From an uncultured Planctomycetota bacterium (GTDB lineage Bacteria; Planctomycetota; Planctomycetia; Isosphaerales; Isosphaeraceae): a DNA stretch of 64,000 bases. Of this stretch, positions 24,587 through 35,476 are shown one piece after another; the first letter of the stretch is position 1, and every line of letters starts with the position of its first letter. The position numbers were made by a program, and so were the translations under genes. The stretch lies in assembly GCA_963845755.1 (NCBI GenBank), contig CAWJTV010000034.1, positions 448,001 to 512,000 of the forward strand, read 5' to 3'. The notes beneath the pieces were generated by a model, which saw only the letters and a program-made list of their open reading frames with translations, did no database searches and was not told where the DNA came from.

Positions 24587-27551
24587 TCAGTCGTTCTTGA
24601 ATCGGATCTCGCCCAGATCGGTGGTCTCGCCGGCCCGAACCGTCGCATCCTTGAAGGCCACGCGACGATCCTTGGCCGCCATCCCGCTCTCCACCACCAG
24701 AGAGTACTTGCAACCGGTCGGCACATCGCTCCGGACGAACTTGCCAGTCGCGTCCGAGGTCAGCCAACCCGCCAGGCTCAGGCTGAAATCACCGCCGGGC
24801 TGCGGATCGGTCCGGATCGTGGCCCCCGAAACCGGATTGCCATCGGCGTCCAGCACGCGTCCGGCAATCGTCGCCAACGGCTCGAGCGCGACGGTCACCG
24901 GGCCCTTCGTGTCGTCTCCGGGCTTGACGTGGACGATCTTGCCCAGCTTTCGCTCCTCCTGGATGACGAGGACCATCCGATCCTCCTCGGGGGCGAGGGT
25001 CACCACTTCGAACTCGGCCCCGTGCTTGACGTTCCATTCGTGGCGCCCGCGGCTCGTCCGTCCGCCGACCTTCAGTTCGGTCACGGGCTTGCCATGAGGA
25101 TCGACGACCCGGACCCGAACTTTCGCCCCGGCAAGGAGCGCGAGATCAACCGGGATGACCTTCGTCCCCTCGGCAGGATTGATCTCCTTCATGACCGTCG
25201 GCCAGTACTTGCCGGGATTGACCGGGTTGCGGTAGGTCGGGAAATGACCATGCTCGTTCTTGCCCTTGATCGACTCGGAGCCGGCACCCTGGAGATAGGG
25301 CTTGTCCGAGTGGGAAACCACGCCGACGATCGCTCGTCCCGGCAAGCCCACCAGGCGGTACGTCCCGTCCGCCTTGGTCTGATATCGATCCTGGTACGTG
25401 ACACCGTTGGTGTTGCCATGCTTGTCGAACACGGAGGTTGCCTGGGCGAACGTGTTCTCCAGGAAAGGAAGGTAGTGCAGCCAGGCGCCGGGAACCGGCT
25501 TGCCGGTCTCCTGGTCGGTGACTTTTCCTTCGATCCAGATCCCTTTGTCCAGGCCGATCTCGACCGGGACCGGAGCGATCCCCGGCGGGTCCGGCACCTC
25601 GTAGTCTTTCAGGAAATACGGCTGATCGTCGTTCGGAGCCACCAGGACTTTATTCCCGCGACCCTTGGGGAAGCCGACCAGTCGGAAGCGGCCTTGCCCG
25701 TCGGTTGTCGTCTTGAGGTCCCTGATCCCGTGCATGACCGCCCCGGCAAAATGCTCGCTCCGTACGTTCGCTCCCGCCAGGGGCTGCCCCGTCTTGGCGT
25801 CGCGGACGATCCCCTCCACCGGCCGGCCGGGAGCCGCGGTATAGGTGAAATCCGCCCCGAAGACACGATCGCCCTCCGAGCCATAGTTCGAGGGGAATCC
25901 CTTCGCGGGGATCGGCTCCATTCGTCGCGTGACCACATTCAGCGAGTTGTAACCGATGGTCGGACCCTGGATGGTGATATGGACCACCCTCTCGCCTCCA
26001 AGTCCATCGAGCCGGAATCGGCCGTGGGCATCGGTCGTCGCCTGGGGTCGCTTCTCTTCCGGCTTGATCGGTGGCTCGTAGACCAGTTGGTCATAGGCCG
26101 TCCAGGGCGGCTCACCCCGCTTGACCGCCTCGATCCAGCGGTCCAGGTTCTCGCCCTTGGGCTTGGTGATCTGCGTGACCTGCACCGCGACCCCGGCGAC
26201 CGGCCGGCCTTCGAGGTCGACGATCCGACCGGTGATGGGTACGCCGGCCGGCTTCTGCGGCGATGTCGGAGCGGCCTTGGCGACGGTCGCGGCTTTCGAG
26301 GGCACCGGCTCCTGGCTCGGTTCCGGTACGGCACGGCCTGCCGCGGCGGACGTCTCTGACCCCGGCCCTTCGGCGAGGGCCGCGGGATGGTCCAGACCGA
26401 CGCCGACGAGGCCGACGAGCATGGTCCCGGCCAGGCCCGCGATCAGTGTCGCGGCGATGGTCCGGGCGCCGGCCCGCGTGGAGAGGTTCCGCGTCGAGTC
26501 GAGGATCCGCGCGATCCGACGGGCCAGCATCGACCGGAGCGAGATCATCCCGACGCCCGCCGGCGCCAGCGGCGGCAATTGCCGTTGGGCCAGCTCGAGC
26601 AGGAGACCCGCATACCGGCCACGGTCGGCGCCGAAGGCCACCACGTGATCGTCGCAGACCTCCTCGGCCGTCTCCTCCAATCGCTTCGACAAGGCCCAGA
26701 GCAAGGGCTGTACCCAGAAGAGCGCCGTGGCCGCCTGACGCAAGACGTTCCACAATCCATCCCGGCGCGCGCAGGTGGGCTAGCTCGTGCACGAACGTAT
26801 CGCGCAGGTTGTCCTCGGCGTCCTCGGGCAGCAGGATGGCCGGCTTGCGGAGCCCGTCCAGGCAGGGACTCGACAGGAACGGCGTGCGCAGGACCGCAGG
26901 CGGCCCCAGGTGCATCCGTCGTGCGAGGTCGCCACAGAGTGCCCGTACGTCCGGCTCCGCCTCCATCGCTGTCGAGCGCAGGTTCCTCATCCGACGATGC
27001 CCCAGGACCAGGCGCAGGCCCAGCACGACGGCTCCCAGCAGCCACGCCGCGAGAATCAGTAGACCCGCCCCGACGATCCGATCCGCCCATCGGGACAGGG
27101 CATTCGACGGGACGGCCGCCGGTGTCATCGACATCCTCGCTGAGGCAATCGACGCTCCGCTGGCCGGGATGCCCGGCATTGTGGCCAGCAAGGGAGTCGG
27201 CCTGGTCGGCAACGTCCATTCCTCGGTCGGTTCGTTGCCGTCCGGGGTTGCCCGTGCCGCCGGCGCGGAAGGCAGATTGGCAATCAAGGCGTCGTCAACC
27301 GCCACGGGGGCCGGTAACGGGATCAGAAGGCCATCGAACCCCACCGCCGCCATCGACATCGAGGCGATCGGGCAGAGCATGACCGCCCCGAGCGTGGTGC
27401 GATAGAGGGCCGACTGGACCGCCGGCCCTCGCCTCCTCAGCAGACGACCGGCCAGCAGGCCGACGATCAGCAGGGCGGTCGACTGGATCAGCCAGCTCAG
27501 GATCAGTCCCGCCGCGTTCCACGAACCGACTGCAAGGAATTGCCCCATCAT
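24587..27551 (-). CDS. BlaR1/M56 metallopeptidase with 5 beta-sandwich repeats (frameshift ~26770)
   Basis: Paralog of the downstream gene: HELAH, FWVQPL, EEVCDD; one extra base after HELAH; RBS GGAGG. Confidence 0.85.
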
Positions 27552-27564
27552 CGCCGCGCCTCCT

Positions 27565-27939
27565 TCAGCCCTTCTGATGTTGATCGATCAACCGGTGCAG
27601 TTCATCGAGCTCGTCCCGGGACAATCGCTCGCCCTTGAGCAGGTGAGCGACCAGGCTGCCCACGTTGCCGCCGAAGACGCGATCCAGCATCTCGCGGGCG
27701 GCGGTCCGCTTGACCTTGTCCTCTTTCAGGAGCGGAAAAAAGACGAAGGTCCGGTCGGCCGAGTCGTGTCCCACAGCCCCCTTCGCCTCGAGCTGCCGCA
27801 AGAGGGTTTGAACCGTACTGTGCGCCACGGGCTCGGATTCATTCAGGGCGTCCGTGATCTCGCGGGCACTGGCGCGCCCACGATCCCACAACACTTGCAT
27901 GATCCGGAACTGCATCCGCCCGAGTTGAATCTCACCCAT
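27565..27939 (-). CDS. BlaI/MecI/CopY family transcriptional repressor
   Basis: IMQVLWDRG.ASAREI, STVQTLLRQLEAKG, RTFVF, DRVFGG..SLVAHL; directly upstream of the M56 genes. Confidence 0.9.
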   Translation of the reverse strand: MGEIQLGRMQFRIMQVLWDRGRASAREITDALNESEPVAHSTVQTLLRQLEAKGAVGHDSADRTFVFFPLLKEDKVKRTAAREMLDRVFGGNVGSLVAHLLKGERLSRDELDELHRLIDQHQKG

Positions 27940-27963
27940 CGCCTTCGCCTCCCCGATCGCAGT

Positions 27964-28008
27964 GTCGTCTACTGCGATAAATTTACTGGAGTATACGACC
28001 GGTGTCAA
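27964..28008 (-). promoter_or_regulatory. Sigma-70 promoter overlapped by a palindromic BlaI-type operator
   Basis: Minus strand TTGACA(28008-28003)-17 bp-TAAATT(27985-27980); imperfect 36-bp palindrome GTCGT-TACT..TAAATTTA..AGTA-ACGAC at 27964-27999. Confidence 0.75.
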
Positions 28009-28926
28009 CGGGGTGCGGTTTTCTTTCCGAGTCGGTTTCCAGAGTGATCGCTGGTTCGGATGTCCTCGCCGGGTCGGTGGGATCGCGATTCCGCCACGCC
28101 TTCGCCGGAGCAAGGCCGTCGCAACGTCGGCAAGGGCGGAAAAGAAAGGGGAAGGCCGGGGGTGCCCGGTAAGAGATGAGCTTCGGCATTTTCCGCGACC
28201 TGCTGAGGATCGCAGCCGGTCAGGGCGGTTCAAAGCATCCGCCGATGCGCACGTGCTAATCACCCGCCTTCCGGATTTTCCGGATTTTTTTATCCCCTGC
28301 AGCTATAGGGGTTTGCGCCGGCGATTTTCCCAAAAACGCGCGCAATGCATTAACGAAATTGAAAAGTTGCGGCATCCTATAAAGTAGGAGCTACGAGTAT
28401 GACCACTTTGCGGGATTTTGGGAACATCCGTGCGCCACGCCACCCAGGAAGCGACTGTTCCTACCGGCCTACTGCCTCGTTCCAAGTCATTCCGGATCCT
28501 TGTGATCCGGAGTCGGACCTCGCCAAAATCTAAACTATGAGTGCCAAATCGTGCCATGGTCCCGGGTCAAGCCGTAACGATGCATACTTGCATGCATGAA
28601 CAGAATGCCGCACCCCGCCGACGAACCTGGCATGCCACGTCCGCAAAAACGCGAAAACGAAGCCACTTACGAGGCCCGACGGACCCGATTTCGTCAAAAC
28701 GAAGCCGCGGTTGTAGGATTTGAGAAAAGTTTGTCGATTATATCGAATGAATCGAGTGATACGGATAGCATGACCAGGCGGGAAAGAAACCTGCGGCAAT
28801 GCACTGTTGGCCAGGTAGCTCATCGAGACTCTGTCTTGTACATGATGGTTGCATGTCCGTGTGTCGCGCCTGGGGCTCTGTCGCGTCATAGACAAGTCGA
28901 GTTGGCGAGATTGAGGATGATCGACC

Positions 28927-30616
28927 ATGTTGCGCACAACTGTTGGATGGATGCTCTTGACCCTGGTGATTCCTGGTTCGCTGGCCTCCGGCCAGGAGCG
29001 TCGGCGCGATCCTTATGACGTCGTGATTCGTGGAGGCAAGATCGTCAACGGCACCGGGAATCCGTGGTTCGAGGGCGACGTCGCGGTCCGGGGCGATCGG
29101 ATTGCGGCGATCGGTCACCTGGGGGCCGACGTCGAGGCTCGCCGGGTCATCGATGCCAGGGGCCTTATCGTGGCTCCAGGCTTCATCGACATGCATTCGC
29201 ACTCCGATCGGGTGCTGCTCATCGACGGCGACGCCAACAGCAAGATCCGCGACGGCGTGACCACCGAGATTCTGGGCGAGGATACGTCGGCCGGGCCGGT
29301 CAAGGGAAAACTCAAGACTCGCGGCGACACTCCGCCGAGCTGGACGACCCTGGGAGGTTACTTCGATGCCCTCGAGTCGCGGGGGATTTCCGTAAATGTG
29401 GCGAGCTATACCGGGCTCGGGACCCTGCTGGGCTGCGTGCTGGGTGACTCCCTGGGCCGGCCTGACGCCGGACAGCTCGAATCCATGAAGGGACTTCTGG
29501 ACGAAGCCATGCGCGACGGGGCGATCGGCCTCTCCACCATGCTCGCCAGCCCGCGCGAGCTCGCCGTGACCACCGACGATATCGTTGCCCTCGCCGCGGT
29601 GGTCAAGCGGCACGGCGGCCTCTATTCGTCCCACATCCGCAACGAGGGAACGGAGGTCTTCGCGGCCGACAAGGAGGCGATCGAGATCGGCCGGCGCGCG
29701 GGGATTCCGGTTGACATCATCCATATCAAAATCGCCGACCAGACGCTCTGGCACCGCATGAACGAGATCATCGCGCTGATCGACGCCGCGCGACGTGAGG
29801 GTGTCAACGTTCAGGCAAATGTCTATCCCTACACGCGCGGCAATAATGATCTGGTCAGCATCATTCCCCCGTGGGCCCATGAGGGGGGGACCGGCCAACT
29901 GATCGCGCGGTTGAAGGATCCCCAGGTCCGCGACCGGCTCAAGGGCGAGATCCGCGCCGGTCTGCCCGGCTGGTACAACCATTACACGGCCGTGGGTGGC
30001 GACTGGGGGCGCATGCTCATCAGCGCCCGATTGTCCGCGGGAAACCGATCGTTCCAGGGCCAGACGATGGATCGGATTATCGCGGCGAAAACCGCCGGCA
30101 AGAGTCCGACGCCGGATCCCCTTGATGTCCTCTTCGACTTCCTGATCGAGGAGAATGGTTCGATCGGAACGATCTACGCCGCACCATACCGAGGAGGACA
30201 TGAACCTGGTGTTGAGTCAACCGTGGTGCTCGATCGGCTCCGATGGGTCCGCCCTGGCCATCGAGGGCCCGCTCCGGGCCGGTCACCCCCACCCGCGAAG
30301 CTTCGGGACGTTCGCGCGAGTGCTGGGCGAATATGTGAGGCAGCGCCGGCTCTTGAGGCTGGAGGACGCTGTCCGGAAAATGACGTCCCTGAACGCGGCG
30401 AAGGCCGGCCTCATCGATCGCGGCATCCTGCGACCGGGATTATCGGCTGACGTGACCCTCTTCGACCCGGCCACAGTCATCGACCATGCCACCTACCTCG
30501 AGCCGTTCCAGTACAGCACGGGAATCCGCTTCGTTCTGGTCAATGGCCAGGTCGTCCTCGACGACCGCCATCACACGGGGGCACATCCGGGTCGCGCCTT
30601 GCGCCATGGTCGCTGA
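28927..30616 (+). CDS. Exported N-acyl-D-amino-acid deacylase family amidohydrolase (frameshift ~30180)
   Basis: Signal peptide; APGFIDMHSHSD, SHIRNE, HIK, YPY; C-terminal IGSDG, HPRSFGTF, EDAVRKMTS, ADVTLFD in ORF 30155-30616. Confidence 0.85.
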
Positions 30617-30770
30617 AGACCAATCGGCTCGATGCCTCAGGAGACAAGCATGGTAAACGGACAGCACGATGAGCCTCACGGAATCCGTATGAGGAAGTTG
30701 CGTCTGTCGTTGAACCAACACGCCTTGTGGCCTTGTCCGTCCCTGGTCACATCCGGATTGGAAGAAAAAA

Positions 30771-30842
30771 AACCGGCCAACGATTAGGTTTCAGACGAGG
30801 ACCTCTCCCCTCCTCGTCCAAAACCCGATCGACTGGCCGGTT
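30771..30842. other. Long imperfect hairpin
   Basis: AACCGGCCA/TGGCCGGTT, CGAT/ATCG, GGTTT/AAACC and GACGAGGA/TCCTCGTC nested stems. Confidence 0.6.
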
Positions 30843-30896
30843 AGAAGCAGGCCATCAGCCCTTTACAACACGTGGACCGACGGCCATTGGCTTGAG

Positions 30897-30940
30897 AAAG
30901 GGCGAGCGGGGGGTCGTGCGAGGCGTCCCGCTCGCCCTTT
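30897..30940. terminator. Putative intrinsic terminator, possibly bidirectional
   Basis: AAAGGGCGAGCGGG...CCCGCTCGCCCTTT 14-bp perfect stem; short U-tract on either strand. Confidence 0.55.
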
Positions 30941-31306
30941 GGCGGGGAGCCGAACCATGGTTATGGGACGGCGACGCCTTTGGGGTGGATGCTTAAAAGT
31001 TATCTGTCTGGGTTTTCATCACCCGTCGTCTTTGTCAGACTCTTGTGTTTGAGTTACGAGAGGGTAGAAAGCAAACACAATGCCAACTCGCCTTCACACG
31101 GCAAGAACGTGGGGCCAAGGCGTCTGAGAATGCCCCATTAGTTTGTCGTATGTCCCGATTTTCTCAAGTCACTACGTCGTTCGGCCGGATCTTGAGATGT
31201 GGGAGTTCCTCATGCGCCGGCATCGAGCATGGCGGTCGGGGCTCGTATATTTTGTGGGCACTTTGGCCCAAGAAGAATGCATCTCCCTGGGATATCGAGA
31301 ATCCAG

Positions 31307-32572
31307 ATGAGCGGAGAGGAAGAAACCGGGAAGTTGGTGCTGGAAAATCTGGCTCAGTCTGTCATGGCCTGGGTTGGTCAGCAAAAAGAAAGAGCATTGA
31401 CCCGTTGGTTGCGTCGTGAGCTGGATTCGGATGGGGTTCCGGTCCGACTGAGGACCGCCGAGTGGCCGGAGTGTCTCAAGTTGCTTGTCGAGGTAAAACG
31501 CCGGGGAGGAGAGTGGCCGGAGAGTTCTGAGTCGCAAGTCCGCGGGCTGATCCTGGCGACGTTGCGGTTTGCCCGGCCTGATGGCGGGCTGTCGATGGGT
31601 TTCGACGAGTCACTCCAGGATTCCTCCCTGGCCCAGATGGCGACGGACTGGGCGACTTGCTACCGAGGCACGGGGATCGCTCGGGTGCTTCAATGGTGGT
31701 TCGATCCGGGTCGGAAGGAGCATGCTCCCCCTCCGCTGCCGGCCTGGTCCGCCCCGGATCGTGTCCTGGCCATCCTCCGTCCCGATTGGCTGGCCGCGGG
31801 GGATTTCCTGGCGATCGACCACCGAGATCCCCGAAGTCCTTGCCGGTTCGAGCTTTTCGGAGCGGGTCGTTCGTGGCTGGGACCGCAATGGAGCGTTGCT
31901 GGCGTGGACGCTCCGCGCTCGCGACCAAAGCCGCGGGTCTGGATCACCGGGTCCGCGGCCGACCTCGCCGAGTGGTCCTATCGCGCGGGGCCATTGCGGA
32001 TGACTCAATCCGCGTTGCTGGTACGCGGCCGGCGTCTGGCCTTGCTGTCGGTCCTTCTCGAGGGCCGCGATCTCCTGAATGTGAACGGCTGGACGGTGCA
32101 ACTCGCGCTCCCGCCGTCGATCGCGGCCGCGCCGGTGGAGGGCTGCCGCGCCCTGGCCCTCGCCGAATCCCACGGTCGCGGTTCCGCGCAGGTACTGCCG
32201 ATCGGCCTGCCGTGCGCGGATTATCCCACCGACCGCGGGCGGTTTCAGGCCGAGTGGCCGGACCTGACCTTGAACCATTCGGCCGCGGGCCGGCGCTGCT
32301 GGCTCCCCCTCCTGGTCTCCTGGGACCCCGCGCGACATCGTAAGAGCTTGCGCTGGCGCATCTTGACCGTCTCCGAACGGTCGCGAGCCGTTGGCCGGGA
32401 CCGGGCCTTCGCCGCACGCGTGAGCTGGGGCCGCGACGAGTCCTATGTCATCTATCGCAGCCTGGGAACTCCGGCGCCTCGTGCCTTCCTGGGACACCAG
32501 ACCAAGTCCCGATTCCTCTTCGGACAATTCACGACCGATGGCGAGGTCAAACCGATTGTGACCGTCGATTGA
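31307..32572 (+). CDS. Hypothetical protein
   Basis: 421-aa ORF with globular, Trp-rich composition (WLPLLVSWD, WRILTVSE, YRSL..RAFLGHQ); no family recognised. Confidence 0.65.
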   Translation: MSGEEETGKLVLENLAQSVMAWVGQQKERALTRWLRRELDSDGVPVRLRTAEWPECLKLLVEVKRRGGEWPESSESQVRGLILATLRFARPDGGLSMGFDESLQDSSLAQMATDWATCYRGTGIARVLQWWFDPGRKEHAPPPLPAWSAPDRVLAILRPDWLAAGDFLAIDHRDPRSPCRFELFGAGRSWLGPQWSVAGVDAPRSRPKPRVWITGSAADLAEWSYRAGPLRMTQSALLVRGRRLALLSVLLEGRDLLNVNGWTVQLALPPSIAAAPVEGCRALALAESHGRGSAQVLPIGLPCADYPTDRGRFQAEWPDLTLNHSAAGRRCWLPLLVSWDPARHRKSLRWRILTVSERSRAVGRDRAFAARVSWGRDESYVIYRSLGTPAPRAFLGHQTKSRFLFGQFTTDGEVKPIVTVD

Positions 32573-32575
32573 GTC

Positions 32576-32812
32576 TCATGCATCCCACTGACTACCCTGC
32601 TCCTTCCTGATCTCCCCGATAACCCGGGCCCTTGCGATGACTGACAGGGACCAAGTGATGTAGATCAGGGTGACACCCACGGTTAGATACCCGGAATGTT
32701 GATGGGCCTTCTGTAACGACGCCTGGCCCTGGACGATCAACTGCCCCATGACAAGCTGCGCGATCACCAAGATAGCAGCCAGTACGCCCGTGATCATGAG
32801 AAGCGGTTTCAT
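32576..32812 (-). CDS. Small two-TM membrane protein
   Basis: 78 aa, two hydrophobic helices separated by KAHQHSG; GAAGGA upstream. Confidence 0.6.
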   Translation of the reverse strand: MKPLLMITGVLAAILVIAQLVMGQLIVQGQASLQKAHQHSGYLTVGVTLIYITWSLSVIARARVIGEIRKEQGSQWDA

Positions 32813-32841
32813 TGTGGGACCGAATCCTTCAGAATAGAAAA

Positions 32842-32899
32842 GTCGGTCAGGCTTTCCGGCCTGACGCTCCAAACCGTCAGGCCGGAAAGCCTGACCTAC
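32842..32899. repeat. REP-like palindrome, copy 1
   Basis: GTCGGTCAGGCTTTCCGGCCTGAC..GTCAGGCCGGAAAGCCTGACCTAC; near-identical to 42951-43009. Confidence 0.85.
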
Positions 32900-32911
32900 G
32901 TACGGGCTATC

Positions 32912-33613
32912 ATGAACGAAGACCGAATCCGTGAGAACCTGGGGATGATCCGGAACCGAATCGCCGCGGCGGCGCGGCGGTCCGGCCGTGCCGCCGATGC
33001 CGTCCGCCTGATCGCCGTGACCAAACGCAGCCCATTGGAATGGATCCGGCCGCTTGTCGTCGCCGGGGCACGCGACCTGGGAGAGAACTATCCCCAGGAA
33101 CTTTGGCGGAAGGCGGAAGCGCTCGCGGACCTCGGGGATTCCGTCCGCTGGCACTTGATTGGACACTTGCAATCCAACAAGGTCAAGAAAACTCTCCCCC
33201 TGGTCGTCATGATCCACGCGGTGGATTCGCTGAAGCTGCTGCAAACCCTCAATGATTCGGCGGTGACCCTCCCCACACCGCCCTCGGTCTGCTTGCAGGT
33301 CAACACCTCGGGCGAGACGAGCAAGCATGGTTGGACTGCCGCCCAGGTACTCGACGACAGTGAATCGATTGCGGCGTGCCGTGCGATCCCGATTGTCGGC
33401 TTGATGACAATGGCCGCGCTGGGGACGACGCCGGAGACGGCGCGCGGGTCGTTCGTCGCGCTCCGTGAGCTGCGCGACGGCCTGTGCCATCGGACAGGCA
33501 TGGCACTGGACGAGCTTTCGATGGGGATGTCGAATGATTTCGAGACGGCCATCGAAGAGGGGGCCACGCTGGTCCGGATCGGCTCGGCTTTGTTCGAGGG
33601 GGTTGAACCGTGA
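32912..33613 (+). CDS. yggS: YggS family PLP homeostasis protein
   Basis: LIAVTK, GENYPQE, WHLIGHLQSNK, LQVNTSGE.SKHG, GLMTMA, LSMGMSNDF..AIEEGATLVRIGS. Confidence 0.95.
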   Translation: MNEDRIRENLGMIRNRIAAAARRSGRAADAVRLIAVTKRSPLEWIRPLVVAGARDLGENYPQELWRKAEALADLGDSVRWHLIGHLQSNKVKKTLPLVVMIHAVDSLKLLQTLNDSAVTLPTPPSVCLQVNTSGETSKHGWTAAQVLDDSESIAACRAIPIVGLMTMAALGTTPETARGSFVALRELRDGLCHRTGMALDELSMGMSNDFETAIEEGATLVRIGSALFEGVEP

Positions 33614-33903
33614 TCGCGATCGTTCCGCACGCCGAGGGCGCGATCGTCTCCGTCGTGGCACAACCGGGCTCGAAGCGCAATGCCGTCCTCGGCGAGCGCG
33701 CCGGGGCGTTCCGGATCGCGGTGACGGCCCCACCGGATAAAGGGAAGGCCAACGCGGCCATTCAGACGATGCTCGCGGAGAACCTGGGGTGCAAGACCGC
33801 GCAGGTGTCGCTGATCTCCGGTGCGTCCTCGCGGCAGAAGCGGTTCCTCATCCGAGGAGTAGACATCGAGGAGCTGCGGAAACGCATCTTAGAGCGTTTA
33901 TGA
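33610..33903 (+). CDS. DUF167 (YggU-like) protein
   Basis: QPGSKRN, VTAPPDKGKAN, SGASSRQK; GTGA overlap with yggS. Confidence 0.9.
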   Translation: MIAIVPHAEGAIVSVVAQPGSKRNAVLGERAGAFRIAVTAPPDKGKANAAIQTMLAENLGCKTAQVSLISGASSRQKRFLIRGVDIEELRKRILERL

Positions 33904-33979
33904 GAAGGTGTTGTCGGGTGCTCGGTGAGCACCAATAGTTCTCGGGAAAAGGATTCGGTGCTCGCAGAGCACGCTACCA

Positions 33980-35312
33980 ATGACCATAGAATACCCGGAA
34001 GCGATGCCGATCGAACTTTGGACGGGTGCGCCGCCTTGCGCGGTCGTCCGGGTGCCAGGGTCGAAGAGCCTGACCAACCGGGCGCTGATCGTCGCCGCTA
34101 TGGCGGACGGGCCGAGTGTCCTGACCGGCACTCTCGATTGCGAGGATACGCGTGTGATGGTCGAGGCGATCCGGAGCCTGGGCATCGACGTTGAGCACGA
34201 GGCAACCTCGGCGTCGATCCGGCTGAGCGGTTGCGGTGGCAATATTCCTGCTCGGACGGCCGCATTGGAAGTGGCCAACTCGGGCACGAGCCTCCGCTTC
34301 CTGACGGCGATGCTGGCGACCGGGCAGGGGACCTTCCACCTCGACGGGACGCCCCGGATGCGTCAGCGGCCCGTCGCCGACCTCCTCACGGCGCTGCAAC
34401 GGTCTGGGCGCCGATGCGCGATCGGACCTCGGGACCGGCTGCCCGCCGTTGACCATCCGGGCCAGCGGACTCGACGGTGGCTATGCCTTCGTAAAGGGCG
34501 ACGTCTCCAGCCAGTTCCTGAGCGGCCTGCTCATGGCGCTGCCATATTCCCGGGATGTGACCACGGTCGAGGTCCGGGGCACGCTGGTCTCGCAACCCTA
34601 CGTGACCATGACGTTGGCGGTGATGGAGTCCTTCGGTGTCCGCGTGGACAACCGCAAGTTCCGCCGCTTCGACGTATCGCCCGCGCACTACCATGGCCGG
34701 AACTATGCGATCGAGCCGGACGCCTCGGCCGCCAGCTATTTCTTCGCCATGGCGGCGATCACCGGAGGCACCATCACCGTCGAGGGGCTTGGAGGCACGA
34801 GCCTTCAGGGTGACCTGGCGTTCGTGGACATCCTCGAATACATGGGCTGCTCCGTGAACCGGGACGCGGAGCGGACAACCGTGACCGGCGGCCAGCTGCG
34901 CGCCGTCGACGTTGACATGAACGCCCTGTCGGACACCGTGATGACCCTGGCCGTGATCGCCCTGTTCGCCGGCGGCGTCTCGCGCATCCGAAATGTAGCC
35001 CACATCCGTCACAAGGAAAGCGATCGGATCGCCGCTCTGGCGACGGAACTCCGCAAGTTGGGCGCCGAGGTCGACGAACTCCCCGACGGCCTGGTCATCA
35101 ACCCTCCCTCGAACGACCGCCTCCACGGGGCACCGATCGCCACCTACGACGATCACCGCATGGCGATGTCGTTCGCCATCGCCGGCCTGCGCATTCCCGG
35201 CGTCACGATCCTCGACCCCGGCTGCGTTGCCAAGACTTACCCGGGGTTCTGGGAGGACGTCGAACTTGTCCGGGTCGATGGCGGCAGATGCTCCGAAGCG
35301 CACAACTGTTAA
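33980..35312 (+). CDS. aroA: 3-phosphoshikimate 1-carboxyvinyltransferase (frameshift ~34397)
   Basis: PGSKSLTNR, NSGTSLRF, RP, SSQFLS, PYVTMT, EPDASAASYF, RHKESDRI, TYDDHRMAMSF, KTYP. Confidence 0.95.
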
Positions 35313-35476
35313 GAATCGTTAACACTGGGACTGGCCACTACTTCCCGGTACGACGGGTGTTCATAATGTGTGGGCTCAGCCGGGATTGGGGCCGCACCTG
35401 GTCGCCCTTCCGTGCGGGAGGGGACGCTGCCCCCGGTTGGACATCGCCCCATGAGTTTCGAGGAGGGCAAAGTCCC

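Noticed and set aside
23750..26780. Programmed frameshift right after HELAH in both M56 genes
   Set aside because: The indels have opposite signs (one base missing vs one extra), both fall on GGCGCGCC and lack a slippery heptamer; this fits the window-wide error pattern
28541..28557. Possible minus-strand sigma-54 site TGGCACGATTTGGCA
   Set aside because: Spacing is 9 and there is no clear downstream gene
28738..30201. Long antisense ORFs (also 6117-7673, 18067-19398, 38114-39577, 44815-46317 and others)
   Set aside because: Shadow frames of GC-rich genes with no recognisable motifs
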